Counted from the stretch's first letter, positions 19,760-29,691 are shown. The stretch: DNA of 64,000 nt from an uncultured Gammaproteobacteria bacterium (GCA_965230895.1 OZ246394.1:313316-377315); one strand, 5' to 3'. Notes: a model not told the origin generated them from the letters alone. Translations and numbers: made by a program.

Positions 19760-21178
19760 ATGAAAAACCTAAATAAAAAATCTCCTTGGCTTATTTTCTT
19801 CCTTGTAGCAGTAGCACAATTTATGGTTGTGCTGGATACTTCAATTACAAATGTCGCCTTACCTTCAATTGAAAAATCTCTAGACTTTACGCCAAGCGCA
19901 CTTCAATGGGTTGTCACAGCATATTCTTTAACTTTTGGTGGGTTCTTATTGTTTGGAGGAAGAGCTGCTGATCTTTTTGGACGAAGAAAAATGTTGTTGA
20001 TAGGTATGATCAGCTTTACGATATTTTCTTTATTAATTGGTCTTTCTCACTCAGCAACTATGTTAATTGTATTGCGAGCATTACAAGGTGCAGCTGCAGC
20101 ATTTATGTCTCCGGCTGCTCTTTCAATTGTCCTTACGACGTTCTCTGAAGGATCTGAAAGAAATAAAGCACTTGGTTTGTGGACTACCGTTGCAACCGGA
20201 GGAGCCGCAGTTGGTTTACTTTTAGGTGGTGTACTAACTGAGTATTTTGGTTGGGAATGGAACTTCTTTATTAATGTTCCAGTAGGAATATTGCTTGCGA
20301 TTGCTATTGCGAAATATGTTCCAAAGCTCGAAAAAGAAGTTACTCATCGACATATGGATATGCCTGGGGCTATACTTGTCACAAGTGGTTTAATTCTCCT
20401 TGTTTTTGCAATCAGCCAGGCACCACTGTGGGGCTTAACTGATATCAGAACTGTAAGCTCTGCTTTGTTAGCCATAGGATTATTAGTTGGATTTATCTTT
20501 AATGAATCACGCAGTAAGAATCCTCTCATGCCTCTATCAATCTTCAAAAGTCGTAATGTAGTTGGTGCGAATCTCATGATGGCGCCAGTAGCGGCGACGT
20601 TGTTTGGGATGTTTTATCTAACGTCGCTTTATATACAGACAATTTTGCATTTTTCATCTTTGACAGCTGGCTTTAGCTTCCTTCCTTTCCCGTTAATTTT
20701 AGGATTTATGTCTACACGGGTTCCAGGATGGGTTTCAAAATATGGATATAAAAGATTCTTAATTGCAGGTCCTTTGATTATTGCTTTAAGTTTACTGTGG
20801 TTGAGTAGACTTCCCGTCCATGGTAACTATTTTATAGACATTCTCCCTACAATATTATTAATGCCAATAGGTGTTGGTATGACCTTTATGCCAATCTTTG
20901 CAGCAGCGACGTCAGGTGTATCAAGTGATAGGTCTGGTCTTGCGTCTGGCCTGATTACAACTTCTCAGCAGATGGGTGGAGCACTTGGGTTGGCTATATT
21001 GTCCGGTGTGGCCGCTACTGTAACTGGTACGTCTACTGCTGCAAGCCAGTTGGTCTTTGGTTACGATCGAGCGTTCTCTGTCGCTATATTCTTTGTTCTG
21101 ATAGCTTCATTCATTGCTTTTCGAGTAGTAAGACAAACCCAACGTAGTTCACCATTACCTGTTGTTGCTGCGGAATAA
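19760..21178 (+). CDS. MFS transporter, DHA2 family
   Basis: LDTSITNVALP, GGRAADLFGRR, FFINVPVG; paralog of 55575..56990. Confidence 0.93.
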   Translation: MKNLNKKSPWLIFFLVAVAQFMVVLDTSITNVALPSIEKSLDFTPSALQWVVTAYSLTFGGFLLFGGRAADLFGRRKMLLIGMISFTIFSLLIGLSHSATMLIVLRALQGAAAAFMSPAALSIVLTTFSEGSERNKALGLWTTVATGGAAVGLLLGGVLTEYFGWEWNFFINVPVGILLAIAIAKYVPKLEKEVTHRHMDMPGAILVTSGLILLVFAISQAPLWGLTDIRTVSSALLAIGLLVGFIFNESRSKNPLMPLSIFKSRNVVGANLMMAPVAATLFGMFYLTSLYIQTILHFSSLTAGFSFLPFPLILGFMSTRVPGWVSKYGYKRFLIAGPLIIALSLLWLSRLPVHGNYFIDILPTILLMPIGVGMTFMPIFAAATSGVSSDRSGLASGLITTSQQMGGALGLAILSGVAATVTGTSTAASQLVFGYDRAFSVAIFFVLIASFIAFRVVRQTQRSSPLPVVAAE

Positions 21179-21183
21179 AGTAG

Positions 21184-21534
21184 TTACTTCTTATTGATTT
21201 CTTCGAGTCTCTGTCCAATCAATTGTTTCAATAATGCTTCAGAGATTGGCTGATTCAATGGAACCTTGATTGAGCCTTTCGCTGTTTCATACATTGTAAG
21301 CTGATCTTTCATCTTTTCAACGATTGATCCACTCATTGGATAAATTCCTATATGTTTTTCGTTGGCATTGAATCCGAGGAACGCTTTACCGTTTGTTTTC
21401 AATGCTGGCATGCCATAGGATAAAGCTTCTTCAGCATTTGGGACAATTTCATGTCCAATCTTTCTGATTCTTTCAAGCGCACTTTGCTTATCCAAATCAA
21501 CAGTTGTTATGTAATCATCTATTACTGACATCAT
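21184..21534 (-). CDS. DUF1801 (YdhG-like) protein
   Basis: IDDYI, P.AEE.LSYGMP, HIGIYP, KGSI. Confidence 0.85.
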   Translation of the reverse strand: MMSVIDDYITTVDLDKQSALERIRKIGHEIVPNAEEALSYGMPALKTNGKAFLGFNANEKHIGIYPMSGSIVEKMKDQLTMYETAKGSIKVPLNQPISEALLKQLIGQRLEEINKK

Positions 21535-21555
21535 CTAAATATAGCAAGCTTCCAA

Positions 21556-21675
21556 TCACTTGAGAAGACCTGCCTCTTGTTCCACTTCGGTTATTACTTG
21601 TCCATATAAAAGTATTGCCCCACCCACAACAATTATTATGACTACTGCAATAATAAAAAGTTTTTTATTACTCAT
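21556..21675 (-). CDS. Small single-TM protein, 39 aa (not in ORF track)
   Basis: MSNKKLFIIAVVIIIVVVGAILLYGQVITEVEQEAGLLK*; fills the gap in a same-strand run, 3 nt after the upstream stop. Confidence 0.6.
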   Translation of the reverse strand: MSNKKLFIIAVVIIIVVGGAILLYGQVITEVEQEAGLLK

Positions 21676-21678
21676 AGA

Positions 21679-22143
21679 TTATATCCATCGACGGACTTTT
21701 TTTGTATAGCGTGTCCATTCTTTCCCAAACTTTTTCTCAAGTTGTATCTCTTCTCTTTTGATCATTTGGTCGGTCAAATATATTCCCAATGTGGTAATCA
21801 CTAAAGCAAATGGTGATCCGAGTACTAAAGACGCACCGTAGAAAATAAATATATTGCCTCCAAGGTAGAGTGGGTTTCTTGAGAACTTGTACGGACCTTC
21901 TGTAAGGAGCTTCTTTTGTGGCTTCAGAGAGATAACCTTCATCTGACTCTTATAAAAATAATATGTAGCCCACACTCTGATCATGAAACCACTAAAAAGC
22001 AAAATGAAACCGATCGTAAATATTGTGGGATTAAGGAAATTTGTAGCTCTGAGTATTGAATCTATAAAAAGACCAACAAAGGCAACTATAAATCCTACAA
22101 ACAAAACACCAATGTTATGAATAATACTTTTAAAAAGGTTCAT
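21679..22143 (-). CDS. Isoprenylcysteine carboxyl methyltransferase/PEMT family protein
   Basis: L.T.GPYKFSRNPLYLG, REE..L..KFG.EW..Y..KVRRWI. Confidence 0.9.
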   Translation of the reverse strand: MNLFKSIIHNIGVLFVGFIVAFVGLFIDSILRATNFLNPTIFTIGFILLFSGFMIRVWATYYFYKSQMKVISLKPQKKLLTEGPYKFSRNPLYLGGNIFIFYGASLVLGSPFALVITTLGIYLTDQMIKREEIQLEKKFGKEWTRYTKKVRRWI

Positions 22144-22212
22144 GAGCAGTAACTCTAGTATACATCCTGAATTATGCTTTATACAATTCGCATTCCATGC
22201 TAAGATTAGCGT

Positions 22213-22749
22213 ATGAAATATGTAGCGCTTCTCCGTGGGATTAATGTTGGTGGCAATAATCGTGTAAGTATGAAGGAACTAAAAGCTGCTTTTGAGGAAA
22301 TGGGTCATACTGAAGTCCTCACGTATATAAATAGTGGTAATGTGATTTTTTCTTCAGATAAGAAAGACAAGAAAAGTATTGTGGATGAGCTTGAATCGAT
22401 GCTTACTAAAAAGTTTCATTACACCGCTCGAGTCGTTGTAAAATCGCAAGATGAGATAGAAAGGATCAAGTCAGAAATTCCAAAAGCATGGGACACTGAT
22501 CCCAATATTAGATGTTATGTAGGGTTCCTTTCAGAGTATGCAACTGATGATGATATTAAAGAAATTAAACTTCGCGAAGATGTTGATGAAATGAAAGTGA
22601 GCAAGGGAGTCTTGTTGATGACGACACAATTAAGTGGTTTGACGAAGAGTGGATTTAGCAAGATGACTGCCATAAGAATCTATAAGGAAATGACGATGAG
22701 AAATTACAATACGACGAAAAAGATTTTTGCGTTAATGGGATTAGTTTAA
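22213..22749 (+). CDS. DUF1697 family protein
   Basis: YVALLRGINVGG, TYINSGNV, T.RN.NT. Confidence 0.9.
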   Translation: MKYVALLRGINVGGNNRVSMKELKAAFEEMGHTEVLTYINSGNVIFSSDKKDKKSIVDELESMLTKKFHYTARVVVKSQDEIERIKSEIPKAWDTDPNIRCYVGFLSEYATDDDIKEIKLREDVDEMKVSKGVLLMTTQLSGLTKSGFSKMTAIRIYKEMTMRNYNTTKKIFALMGLV

Positions 22750-22756
22750 AAGAGTG

Positions 22757-23041
22757 TTATTTCTTTACTGATGTTCCATCAAGGATGAGAGTGTCGGACG
22801 GATCACTATGCACCCCATCTGACCCTACGTGTTTATCACTAATTTTTGCACCGGATTTAATAACATGAACGAGCGCCATTGCATGACCGTGACCTAATTC
22901 AAAATCTTCTTTAAGCCATGCAACTATTTCTCCCGACTTTGTTTTCTCATCAAATCCTTTCTCTTTTGCAAGTGCGATAAAATCATTTGGGGTTTTGCCA
23001 GTCTTTAATTGGATGTTATCAAGATACGCTTGGAATGACAT
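22757..23041 (-). CDS. DUF4287 family protein
   Basis: MSFQAYLDNI..KTGK, WLK.DF.LGHGHAMA. Confidence 0.85.
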   Translation of the reverse strand: MSFQAYLDNIQLKTGKTPNDFIALAKEKGFDEKTKSGEIVAWLKEDFELGHGHAMALVHVIKSGAKISDKHVGSDGVHSDPSDTLILDGTSVKK

Positions 23042-23045
23042 ACTA

Positions 23046-23843
23046 TTATGCTGCAAAAAACTCTTTTATAAGAGGAACTATTATTTCTGGTTTAACTTCG
23101 TGCGTTTGCCCTTCAAGAATTTTGTAAGTAGATTGCGGTACTGCATCTGCAAGCACTTTTGCACCACGGTGCATAATTTCAGGACTCGCTCCTCCAGCTG
23201 CTACAAGTGTAGGGATATGAATTGATGAAGCTTCAGTTGGGAGAGCTGCATTTCTTCCCATCACAGCATTATCATATGCCATTGTTGGGGCAAGTGCTAC
23301 CATGCCTGACCACATTGGGGATTGCTTCATCCCTTCAAACATTCCTTCAGGGAACTGTAACGCTCTGGCAATTCGACCCATAAAGAATGTTGCGGCTGCA
23401 TCTTTATCACCTCGAGCCAGTGCCTCATCAACCGCATTACTTACTTCAGATGCGTCATCCTGATCTCTTTGTTCAGTCATCAAAGGAGGTTCATAGAGTA
23501 CCAATCCTTTTACTTTATTACCGAGGTTATGTGCTGCTTTTAATGCAAGTATTGCTCCCGATGAGAACCCGACTAAATATGCTTCTCCTCCAGCATCTTC
23601 AATAAGCGCTTCGATATCTTCAATTTCCCGTTCTACTGCATACGGTTGCGTGTCACCGCTTTCCCCTCTTCCACGACGGTCATATGCATAAACTGTAAAA
23701 TTATCTTTAAGTAATTCAGCAAATTTGAATGAGACTTGAGAAGCTCTATATACCATTGCTCCATCGACAATAATTATTGCAGGGCCACTTCCTATCTTGT
23801 CGTAACCAATTTGTGTGGAATCTTTTGAAGTAACAAATGCCAT
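23046..23843 (-). CDS. Alpha/beta hydrolase
   Basis: YDRRGRGES, GFSSG nucleophile elbow, GQTH. Confidence 0.92.
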   Translation of the reverse strand: MAFVTSKDSTQIGYDKIGSGPAIIIVDGAMVYRASQVSFKFAELLKDNFTVYAYDRRGRGESGDTQPYAVEREIEDIEALIEDAGGEAYLVGFSSGAILALKAAHNLGNKVKGLVLYEPPLMTEQRDQDDASEVSNAVDEALARGDKDAAATFFMGRIARALQFPEGMFEGMKQSPMWSGMVALAPTMAYDNAVMGRNAALPTEASSIHIPTLVAAGGASPEIMHRGAKVLADAVPQSTYKILEGQTHEVKPEIIVPLIKEFFAA

Positions 23844-23858
23844 AAAGTTTAGAATATT

Positions 23859-23890
23859 ATTATAAAATATATTGTTAAAGTTTGCGTAAG
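23859..23890 (-). promoter_or_regulatory. Direct-repeat box plus -10 element
   Basis: Minus strand CTTACG-N5-TTTAAC-N9-TATAAT. Confidence 0.45.
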
Positions 23891-23900
23891 AAACTCTTGT

Positions 23901-24527
23901 TTAACTGTTAATTACGCTAAGTAAATCTTTGGGATGATCAATAAGAAAGTTAGGGTGATGTTTTTCCAATCCCGCTTTAATATTAAATCCCCATGATACA
24001 GAGATGATTTTTACCCCAACTTTTTTACAAGCCTGGATATCTCGGATTTCATCTCCAATATAAAATGCATCGTCTTTATTGATATGATGTTGTTTGAAGA
24101 AATTTTGAAGTACTTTATCTTTTCCAAATATCCCAGCATCGCTATAAATATAATCAAACACATCGATAGCATGCTTCTTTATAAATGTTTCAACATTCGC
24201 TCTGCCGTTTGATGTGATTATTCCAAGAGTATGTCCTTGCTTTTTTAATGTATGTAATACCTCTGGTAATCCTTTAAACGGATGCATGGTTTGGATTTCT
24301 TTTTGCTGAAAAGTTTTCATGTCATGGGCGATGAATGGCAATTTATAAAAAGGAATTTTTAGCTGCTTAATAAGCGTCCTCGCATCTTCAGTTCGTAGTG
24401 TTTCCAGTTCTTCTAAAGATAAATTCTGAAATTTATGTTTGATTGCGAGTTTGCCGACAATACCGAGAAAACTCTCGTACGAATCAGCAATTGTTCCATC
24501 AAAATCAAAAAGAAGTACTTTATTCAT
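23901..24527 (-). CDS. HAD-family phosphatase (phosphoglycolate phosphatase-like)
   Basis: FDFDGTIADS, ITSN, K, YIGDE.RD. Confidence 0.9.
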   Translation of the reverse strand: MNKVLLFDFDGTIADSYESFLGIVGKLAIKHKFQNLSLEELETLRTEDARTLIKQLKIPFYKLPFIAHDMKTFQQKEIQTMHPFKGLPEVLHTLKKQGHTLGIITSNGRANVETFIKKHAIDVFDYIYSDAGIFGKDKVLQNFFKQHHINKDDAFYIGDEIRDIQACKKVGVKIISVSWGFNIKAGLEKHHPNFLIDHPKDLLSVINS

Positions 24528-24957
24528 CGACGTTTTCTATAAATGCATCAATTGTTTTATAGAATTCACTAAAGATCATATAGAGGCTTTCAGCTTCTTT
24601 TTGTTCTCCAATAAGAATGCATCTTTTACCCATTCCATATGCGGCGCCGGCTTCCACATGCGCAGATTTACCTGCTGGAAGTAACAGGATAAGAGACTCA
24701 GATTCTTTCAATGCATTCATATCGACATCAAAGATTTCTTTTACTCTTGGATCTGTAGTCCAATCTGGAATACTTTCAAATTTCTGCATGAACTCTTCGG
24801 GTGTGTGCTTCTCTTCGAAATCTTTCAATGCATATTCAGTCCCATCCCCTTCGATAAAGCAGTATACAGATTTTCCTTTAGCACGGAGTTTCTCTGTAAG
24901 TTCAAGTACTGTCTCTTTATTTCTCCAACGGGAAGCAATGAAGTATTGATATTTCAT
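24520..24957 (-). CDS. Nucleoside 2-deoxyribosyltransferase-like protein
   Basis: F..D..AL..S, PAGKSAHVEAG.AYG.GK (conserved Glu). Confidence 0.7.
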   Translation of the reverse strand: MKYQYFIASRWRNKETVLELTEKLRAKGKSVYCFIEGDGTEYALKDFEEKHTPEEFMQKFESIPDWTTDPRVKEIFDVDMNALKESESLILLLPAGKSAHVEAGAAYGMGKRCILIGEQKEAESLYMIFSEFYKTIDAFIENVDE

Positions 24958-25016
24958 AAAAGAAGTATAGCAAGTTTGAAGAAATTATGCTGAGGTCAGC
25001 CAAGGAAGAAAAGTAT

Positions 25017-25049
25017 ACACCTTCCGGATGGGATGCACCCGGAAGGTGT
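25017..25049 (-). terminator. Intrinsic terminator-like hairpin after the GlsB/YeaQ gene
   Basis: 11-bp stem ACACCTTCCGG/CCGGAAGGTGT followed on the minus strand by ATACTTTTCTT. Confidence 0.65.
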
Positions 25050-25058
25050 GATTATTGG

Positions 25059-25322
25059 TTAAGCTTTTCGTCCTGTGATAAGCTTCCAAATAAAAATAGC
25101 GATACAAGCGCCGGCAATACCGACAATAATTCCTGGCAGACTAAAGCCATTGTCTGTTGGTGAAGCTGGAGCAATAAATCCAAGTACGAGTGTACCAAGA
25201 TAACCCCCAACTATACCAACGATGACGTTTGCGATCCAACCCATTTGTTCATCTGTGTGCATGATTTTGGATGCAATCCAGCCAATAAGACCTGCGAGTA
25301 TTAATGTAATTATTAATCCCAT
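25059..25322 (-). CDS. GlsB/YeaQ/YmgE (transglycosylase-associated) stress membrane protein
   Basis: GLIGWIASKIM, NVIVGIVGG; strong SD AAAGGAGGTGA. Confidence 0.9.
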   Translation of the reverse strand: MGLIITLILAGLIGWIASKIMHTDEQMGWIANVIVGIVGGYLGTLVLGFIAPASPTDNGFSLPGIIVGIAGACIAIFIWKLITGRKA

Positions 25323-25364
25323 ACTTTCACCTCCTTTAAAGAGTTTAAGTTAAACTCTACAATG

Positions 25365-25396
25365 AGTATAAAGCTCTTCTGTAAGGCGAATGTAAA
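25365..25396 (-). promoter_or_regulatory. Direct-repeat box plus -10 element
   Basis: Minus strand TTTACA-N5-CTTACA-N9-TATACT. Confidence 0.55.
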
Positions 25397-25428
25397 AAAT
25401 CAATGTGGAGTTTGAAACAAAAGAAGTA

Positions 25429-25764
25429 TTATTTTGCAGTTTGTTTATTGAAATTAAGCGCAAGATCAATCCAATATTGAAGGTTTTCATTTCCCTTAAT
25501 GGCATCCTCAGTTAGGAAGATCCACCCTGTCATTGGTTTGCCTCGCATAATTGCTACATTCGCCCCTTTTCTTTGTAGTGCTTTTTCTTGGAGCTCTGGA
25601 TCAATATGTACCATCATTTGATGATCTGGACGATTATTTACTGTAAGAGTCATTTTGCCATTCACCATAAATGCTAAGCCTCCAAATATACGTTTCTCTT
25701 CGACATTAGTTAGCTTAGAAATACTTTTTCTTATGCGTTCTGCAAGATGTTCATCATATGCCAT
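25429..25764 (-). CDS. TfoX N-terminal domain protein
   Basis: MAYDE.LAERIR, EKRIFGGLAFMVNGKM, M.GW. Confidence 0.88.
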   Translation of the reverse strand: MAYDEHLAERIRKSISKLTNVEEKRIFGGLAFMVNGKMTLTVNNRPDHQMMVHIDPELQEKALQRKGANVAIMRGKPMTGWIFLTEDAIKGNENLQYWIDLALNFNKQTAK

Positions 25765-25787
25765 AGCAATATTATACATGTTTCATA

Positions 25788-26189
25788 CTAGAGAAACTTC
25801 TTTGCAAACATATCTGCTGCTTCTTCCTGGTAGTCAATTTCTGATTGTGTCTGCTCGACTCCAATTGAATTTCTATGATTTAAAACGACATGTCCAATTT
25901 CATGGAGAATTGTGTAATTAATTTGTGATATATCTTGTCTGAATAATTCTTCAGATAGAAAAACAAGGTGACGGTTCTTGATATCTTCGCCTCGAAATGT
26001 AAAAGCCCATGCATCTTCTGGGGAAGAAATAAACCATACAGTTGTACACACTTGTTCTACATAGTTTGGAGGCAGGAAAAGTATGGTTTTACAGACCATT
26101 TCGCGCATATATACGCTTCCAATCAGTTTTCCTCCGAGGGCTGTTCTCACTGATGCTAGTGTCCATTTCATATCAGCAAATAATAGCAT
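25788..26189 (-). CDS. HEXXH zinc metallopeptidase (ImmA/IrrE-like)
   Basis: YTILHEIGH..L.H, E..AD.FA. Confidence 0.7.
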   Translation of the reverse strand: MLLFADMKWTLASVRTALGGKLIGSVYMREMVCKTILFLPPNYVEQVCTTVWFISSPEDAWAFTFRGEDIKNRHLVFLSEELFRQDISQINYTILHEIGHVVLNHRNSIGVEQTQSEIDYQEEAADMFAKKFL

Positions 26190-26239
26190 GTTTGATTATG
26201 TCTGTAAAAAAATTAGTTTTTCATGTATGCTAGAGATGT

Positions 26240-26593
26240 ATGGAAATAAAACAAATCGCCGAAGCATTTTCAAAACATGACTTCAAATCTACATACAAAC
26301 ATATTGATGAAGATGTCATCTGGCATCTTATCGGCGGCGATGATTTGAAAGGAAAAGAAGCTGTTCTAAAAGCTTGTGACACATCTGCAGAATATCTTGC
26401 AAACGTAGAGACAACCTTTCTTAAGTTCAAAACCTTTGTTAGTGACAATACAATCATTATTGATAGTATGGCTGACTATGTAGAAGAAAATGGTGAGAAA
26501 TCTACAGTTTCATCTTGTGATATCTATGAGTTCGAAGACGGCAAATTAAAACAAATAACTTCATATACAATTGAGCTTCAACAGAGTAAATAG
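26240..26593 (+). CDS. SnoaL/NTF2-like protein
   Basis: DVIW..IG....GKEAV, CDIYEF.DGKL..I.SY. Confidence 0.82.
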   Translation: MEIKQIAEAFSKHDFKSTYKHIDEDVIWHLIGGDDLKGKEAVLKACDTSAEYLANVETTFLKFKTFVSDNTIIIDSMADYVEENGEKSTVSSCDIYEFEDGKLKQITSYTIELQQSK

Positions 26594-26609
26594 AGTATTT
26601 GCGCATCTA

Positions 26610-26975
26610 TTATTTATTGAGATAAGACGCAATTGCATTTAAAAGATCATCCATCTCTATTGGTTTGGCAAGGAATGTATCTGCTTTACATTCCAGCATT
26701 GACTTCTCGGCATTTGGGTGCGCGGATATCATAATGATAGGAATGAGTTTTGTTATTTTTGCTTCTTTTAATTTTTTACAAATGTGTCTTCCATCCATAC
26801 CGGATAAATAGACATCTAGAATAATAAGAGTTGGTTTATTTTTTGGAGTAATCTTACTAAGCGTTTCGTAACTATTTGAAATCTGGACGTCATACCCTTC
26901 ACTTTCGAGCATAAATTGCATCGCTTCAAGGATGTCCATATCATCATCTATGATAAGAATTGTTTGCTTTTCCAT
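26610..26975 (-). CDS. Single-domain response regulator, cognate to the LOV kinase
   Basis: IDDD, ILDV, ISAH, AKP; 9 nt downstream of the kinase stop. Confidence 0.92.
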   Translation of the reverse strand: MEKQTILIIDDDMDILEAMQFMLESEGYDVQISNSYETLSKITPKNKPTLIILDVYLSGMDGRHICKKLKEAKITKLIPIIMISAHPNAEKSMLECKADTFLAKPIEMDDLLNAIASYLNK

Positions 26976-26984
26976 AATGAAGTC

Positions 26985-28943
26985 TTAAGCAAGTGGAAGT
27001 GAAAAATAAAATGTTGAACCCTTGCCTTTTTCACTTTTTACCCACATTTTGCCACCATGATGCTCGATAATTTGATTCGAGATATATAACCCCATTCCCA
27101 AACCAGGATATGTTTTTGCTGTCGGATCAGTTACTTGATAAAACCTATCAAAAACATGTTTTTGTTTGTCTTTATCGATACCGATCCCCTCATCTTTCAC
27201 ACTTAAAATAGCTGACTTATCTGATATTTTAAGTCCAACTTTAATTGTACTTTTTTGTGGGGAATATTTCATAGCATTTGTAAAAAGATTAATGATAACT
27301 TGTTCTATCCTATCAGGATCTCCACTTACATTGATTATACCTTTATCTCTATATGGATATGTGTGCCCGGTTCTGACATTATTGAAATCTTCAATAATGT
27401 TTTTTACTAAATTATTAATATCAAAAGCAGTTTTACGTACCTCCAATTTGCCTGCATAAATACGACTTACATCCAAAAGCTCATTTACCAGGCGCGTCAA
27501 TTTCTTAATTTGTATGTTAACTTTGGCCATGCTATTGGCTGCTGTTTCGTCGCTCCGCTTTTCAAAGTGTCGTTGTAAAGCTTGCACATTCATCTTCATA
27601 CTTGTAATTGGTGTCTTAAGTTCGTGACTTGCCATGGAGATAAAGTCATCTTTCCGAAGTTCTGTTTGTTTTCGTTCTGTAATATTAATATGAGCAACAA
27701 CAACTCCTTGGTCATCATGTCTGAGAGGTGTTACTTGTAAAAGAAACCATAATTCTTCATGGGGGGTGAAGCATGGATACTCTAAAGAAAAATGAGGAAT
27801 TTTTCCTTCCATAACATTTTTAATTCCTTCGTATGCAAGAGGTGCTTCTTCTGCCATATCTCCTTTCGCGTGCTTTAACACAGAAAGGTAATTCTGACCT
27901 TCGTATGTTTCATTGACTGAAGAATTTGATTGTCCTCGTGCAAAATTAATCCATGCTTCATTGACATCGATAATGACGCCATGTTTATCGAGAACAGCGA
28001 TATGTGCATTAAGAGAGTTAATCATTGCTTTGGTAAGGGCTTGACTATGCTTTGTAGCTTTCTCAGCACCTTTTCTTTCTGTTATGTCCTCAATTGCGAG
28101 AAGGACACGTTGTTGTCCACTGCCTTTTAATTCCACTTGTCGAGCATTGAGTACCATTATCCGTTTTCCAATAGTTGGGAAATTATGCTCTACCTCGAAT
28201 CCTTCGAAAGGGTTTTGTGTAGGAAGTACCTTCTCGAGAAGCTCTTTCAATCGCGGGATATTCCATTGTTTGTTTCCAAGTTGATACAATTTTTTCCCTT
28301 CAGTATCTTTTGGTTTTACTTTAAACGTTTTGTAGAAAAACTTATTGGCTGAAATAACGTGAATCTTTTCATCGAGAACAACAAGTGGTTGACGGATTGT
28401 TTCCACAATACTTTCAAGGTACTCTTTGGTTTCGTTCAATTCTAAAGTACTTTGCCTCACCCTCTCAGTAAGTAATTCTTTTTCCTTTACAAGCTCATCT
28501 TCGGTATGCTTTCTTTTGGTTATATCCAATTGATTACCTGAGAAGTAAGCAATTTTCCCTGAAGCGTCTTTGATTGGAGACATAAGCAAATCATTTCAGA
28601 ACATCTCACCATTCTTACGATAATTTTTAATCTGCAAATGGACTGCTTTTCCTTTTTCAACTGCTTCTTTTAATGCGAACCGTGCTTCTTGATTTCGTTC
28701 TTTTCCTTGAAGGAATCGACAATTTCTTCCGAGCACCTCTCCTTCCGTATATCCTGTAAGTTTCAAAAAGGCTTTATTACAGTAAATGATCGGTTCGTCG
28801 GGCTGCTGATGATCAGTGATAATAATGCCATTTCTCGCATGTTCTATCGCGCGGAAAATAATTTTGAGTTTATCTTTTTCAAAGTTACTATTTTTAAGTT
28901 TTTCTACTTGCGTGGGTGTTAGGGTTGTTTGTCTCGTTTGCAT
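26985..28943 (-). pseudogene. LOV-PAS-PAS histidine kinase interrupted by one in-frame TGA (28596-28598); nonsense allele, read-through or sequence error
   Basis: ORFs 28596..28949 and 26985..28589 are in the same frame: GRNCRFLQG...NYRKNGEMF*NDLLMSPI...YFSGNQLDIT, two PAS domains, ASHELKTP, N/G boxes. Confidence 0.85.
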
Positions 28944-28991
28944 AAGCAATTGAGCTAGAATAGCAGAAAACGCAGAAAAAAGAAACTTTTG

Positions 28992-29654
28992 CTACTCACC
29001 AGTTTTTGTATTAGGTTTGCCAATTGGTTTAGATTCAGGAGAACCTCTCTCTCTAAGAAAAATTGTTAACAATAATAATGATGCTACAGATAAAAACTCA
29101 CTTTGCCAGTTCTGGAATGATTCAAACCAAAATTGAGATGAGATAAAATATTGCAGAAGAGGTATTTGTTCTTCCCCATGTGTTCTAGCTTCTTCATTGT
29201 AGAGTTCTCCTCCGGAAATGCCATGGAGAACGAATGAAATAATAAAAAAGGTCAAGAGCGCTATTCCCAAAGAATGAGAGTAAAGAAACTGAGAAAATGC
29301 TTTTGTTCTATTTTTTCTTTGTTTAAAACTACGGATAATTGAGTATCTCGAAGATGCATCAACATCTTCATGTCCTTTCAGTTTTTTTGAATCAGCAGAG
29401 CCTTTTTGTCTTAGGAAAATCGTTAACATTACGAGCGCCCACATTTGAAGAAATTCACTCTCCCAATTTTCAAAAATCGCTTCAATAAAATGTGGTGTCA
29501 AAAAATATTCCCAGAAAGAAATAGTGGACTGATGATGCGTAACTTGTTCTTGATTGTACTGATCGAATCCAGTGATAAAGAGGCCAATAAAAGAGAGAAG
29601 AAAGAGAGAAAATAGTGCGAGGACCAAGGAATTATTATAAAGAAACTTTTTCAT
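28992..29654 (-). CDS. DUF6766-type membrane protein with internal duplication
   Basis: FENWESEFLQ..LRQKGSADSK and FQNWQSEFL..LRERGSPESK. Confidence 0.8.
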   Translation of the reverse strand: MKKFLYNNSLVLALFSLFLLSFIGLFITGFDQYNQEQVTHHQSTISFWEYFLTPHFIEAIFENWESEFLQMWALVMLTIFLRQKGSADSKKLKGHEDVDASSRYSIIRSFKQRKNRTKAFSQFLYSHSLGIALLTFFIISFVLHGISGGELYNEEARTHGEEQIPLLQYFISSQFWFESFQNWQSEFLSVASLLLLTIFLRERGSPESKPIGKPNTKTGE

Positions 29655-29691
29655 AATTACCTATGTGCGTGAAAGGTGGCGCGCCGCTTTC

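Noticed and set aside
28596-28598. Genome-wide UGA reassignment (code 4/25) or selenocysteine
   Set aside because: TGA ends several genes with ATGA overlaps, Trp is TGG in the genes checked, the position aligns to Trp rather than Cys or Gly, and no SECIS-like hairpin is evident.
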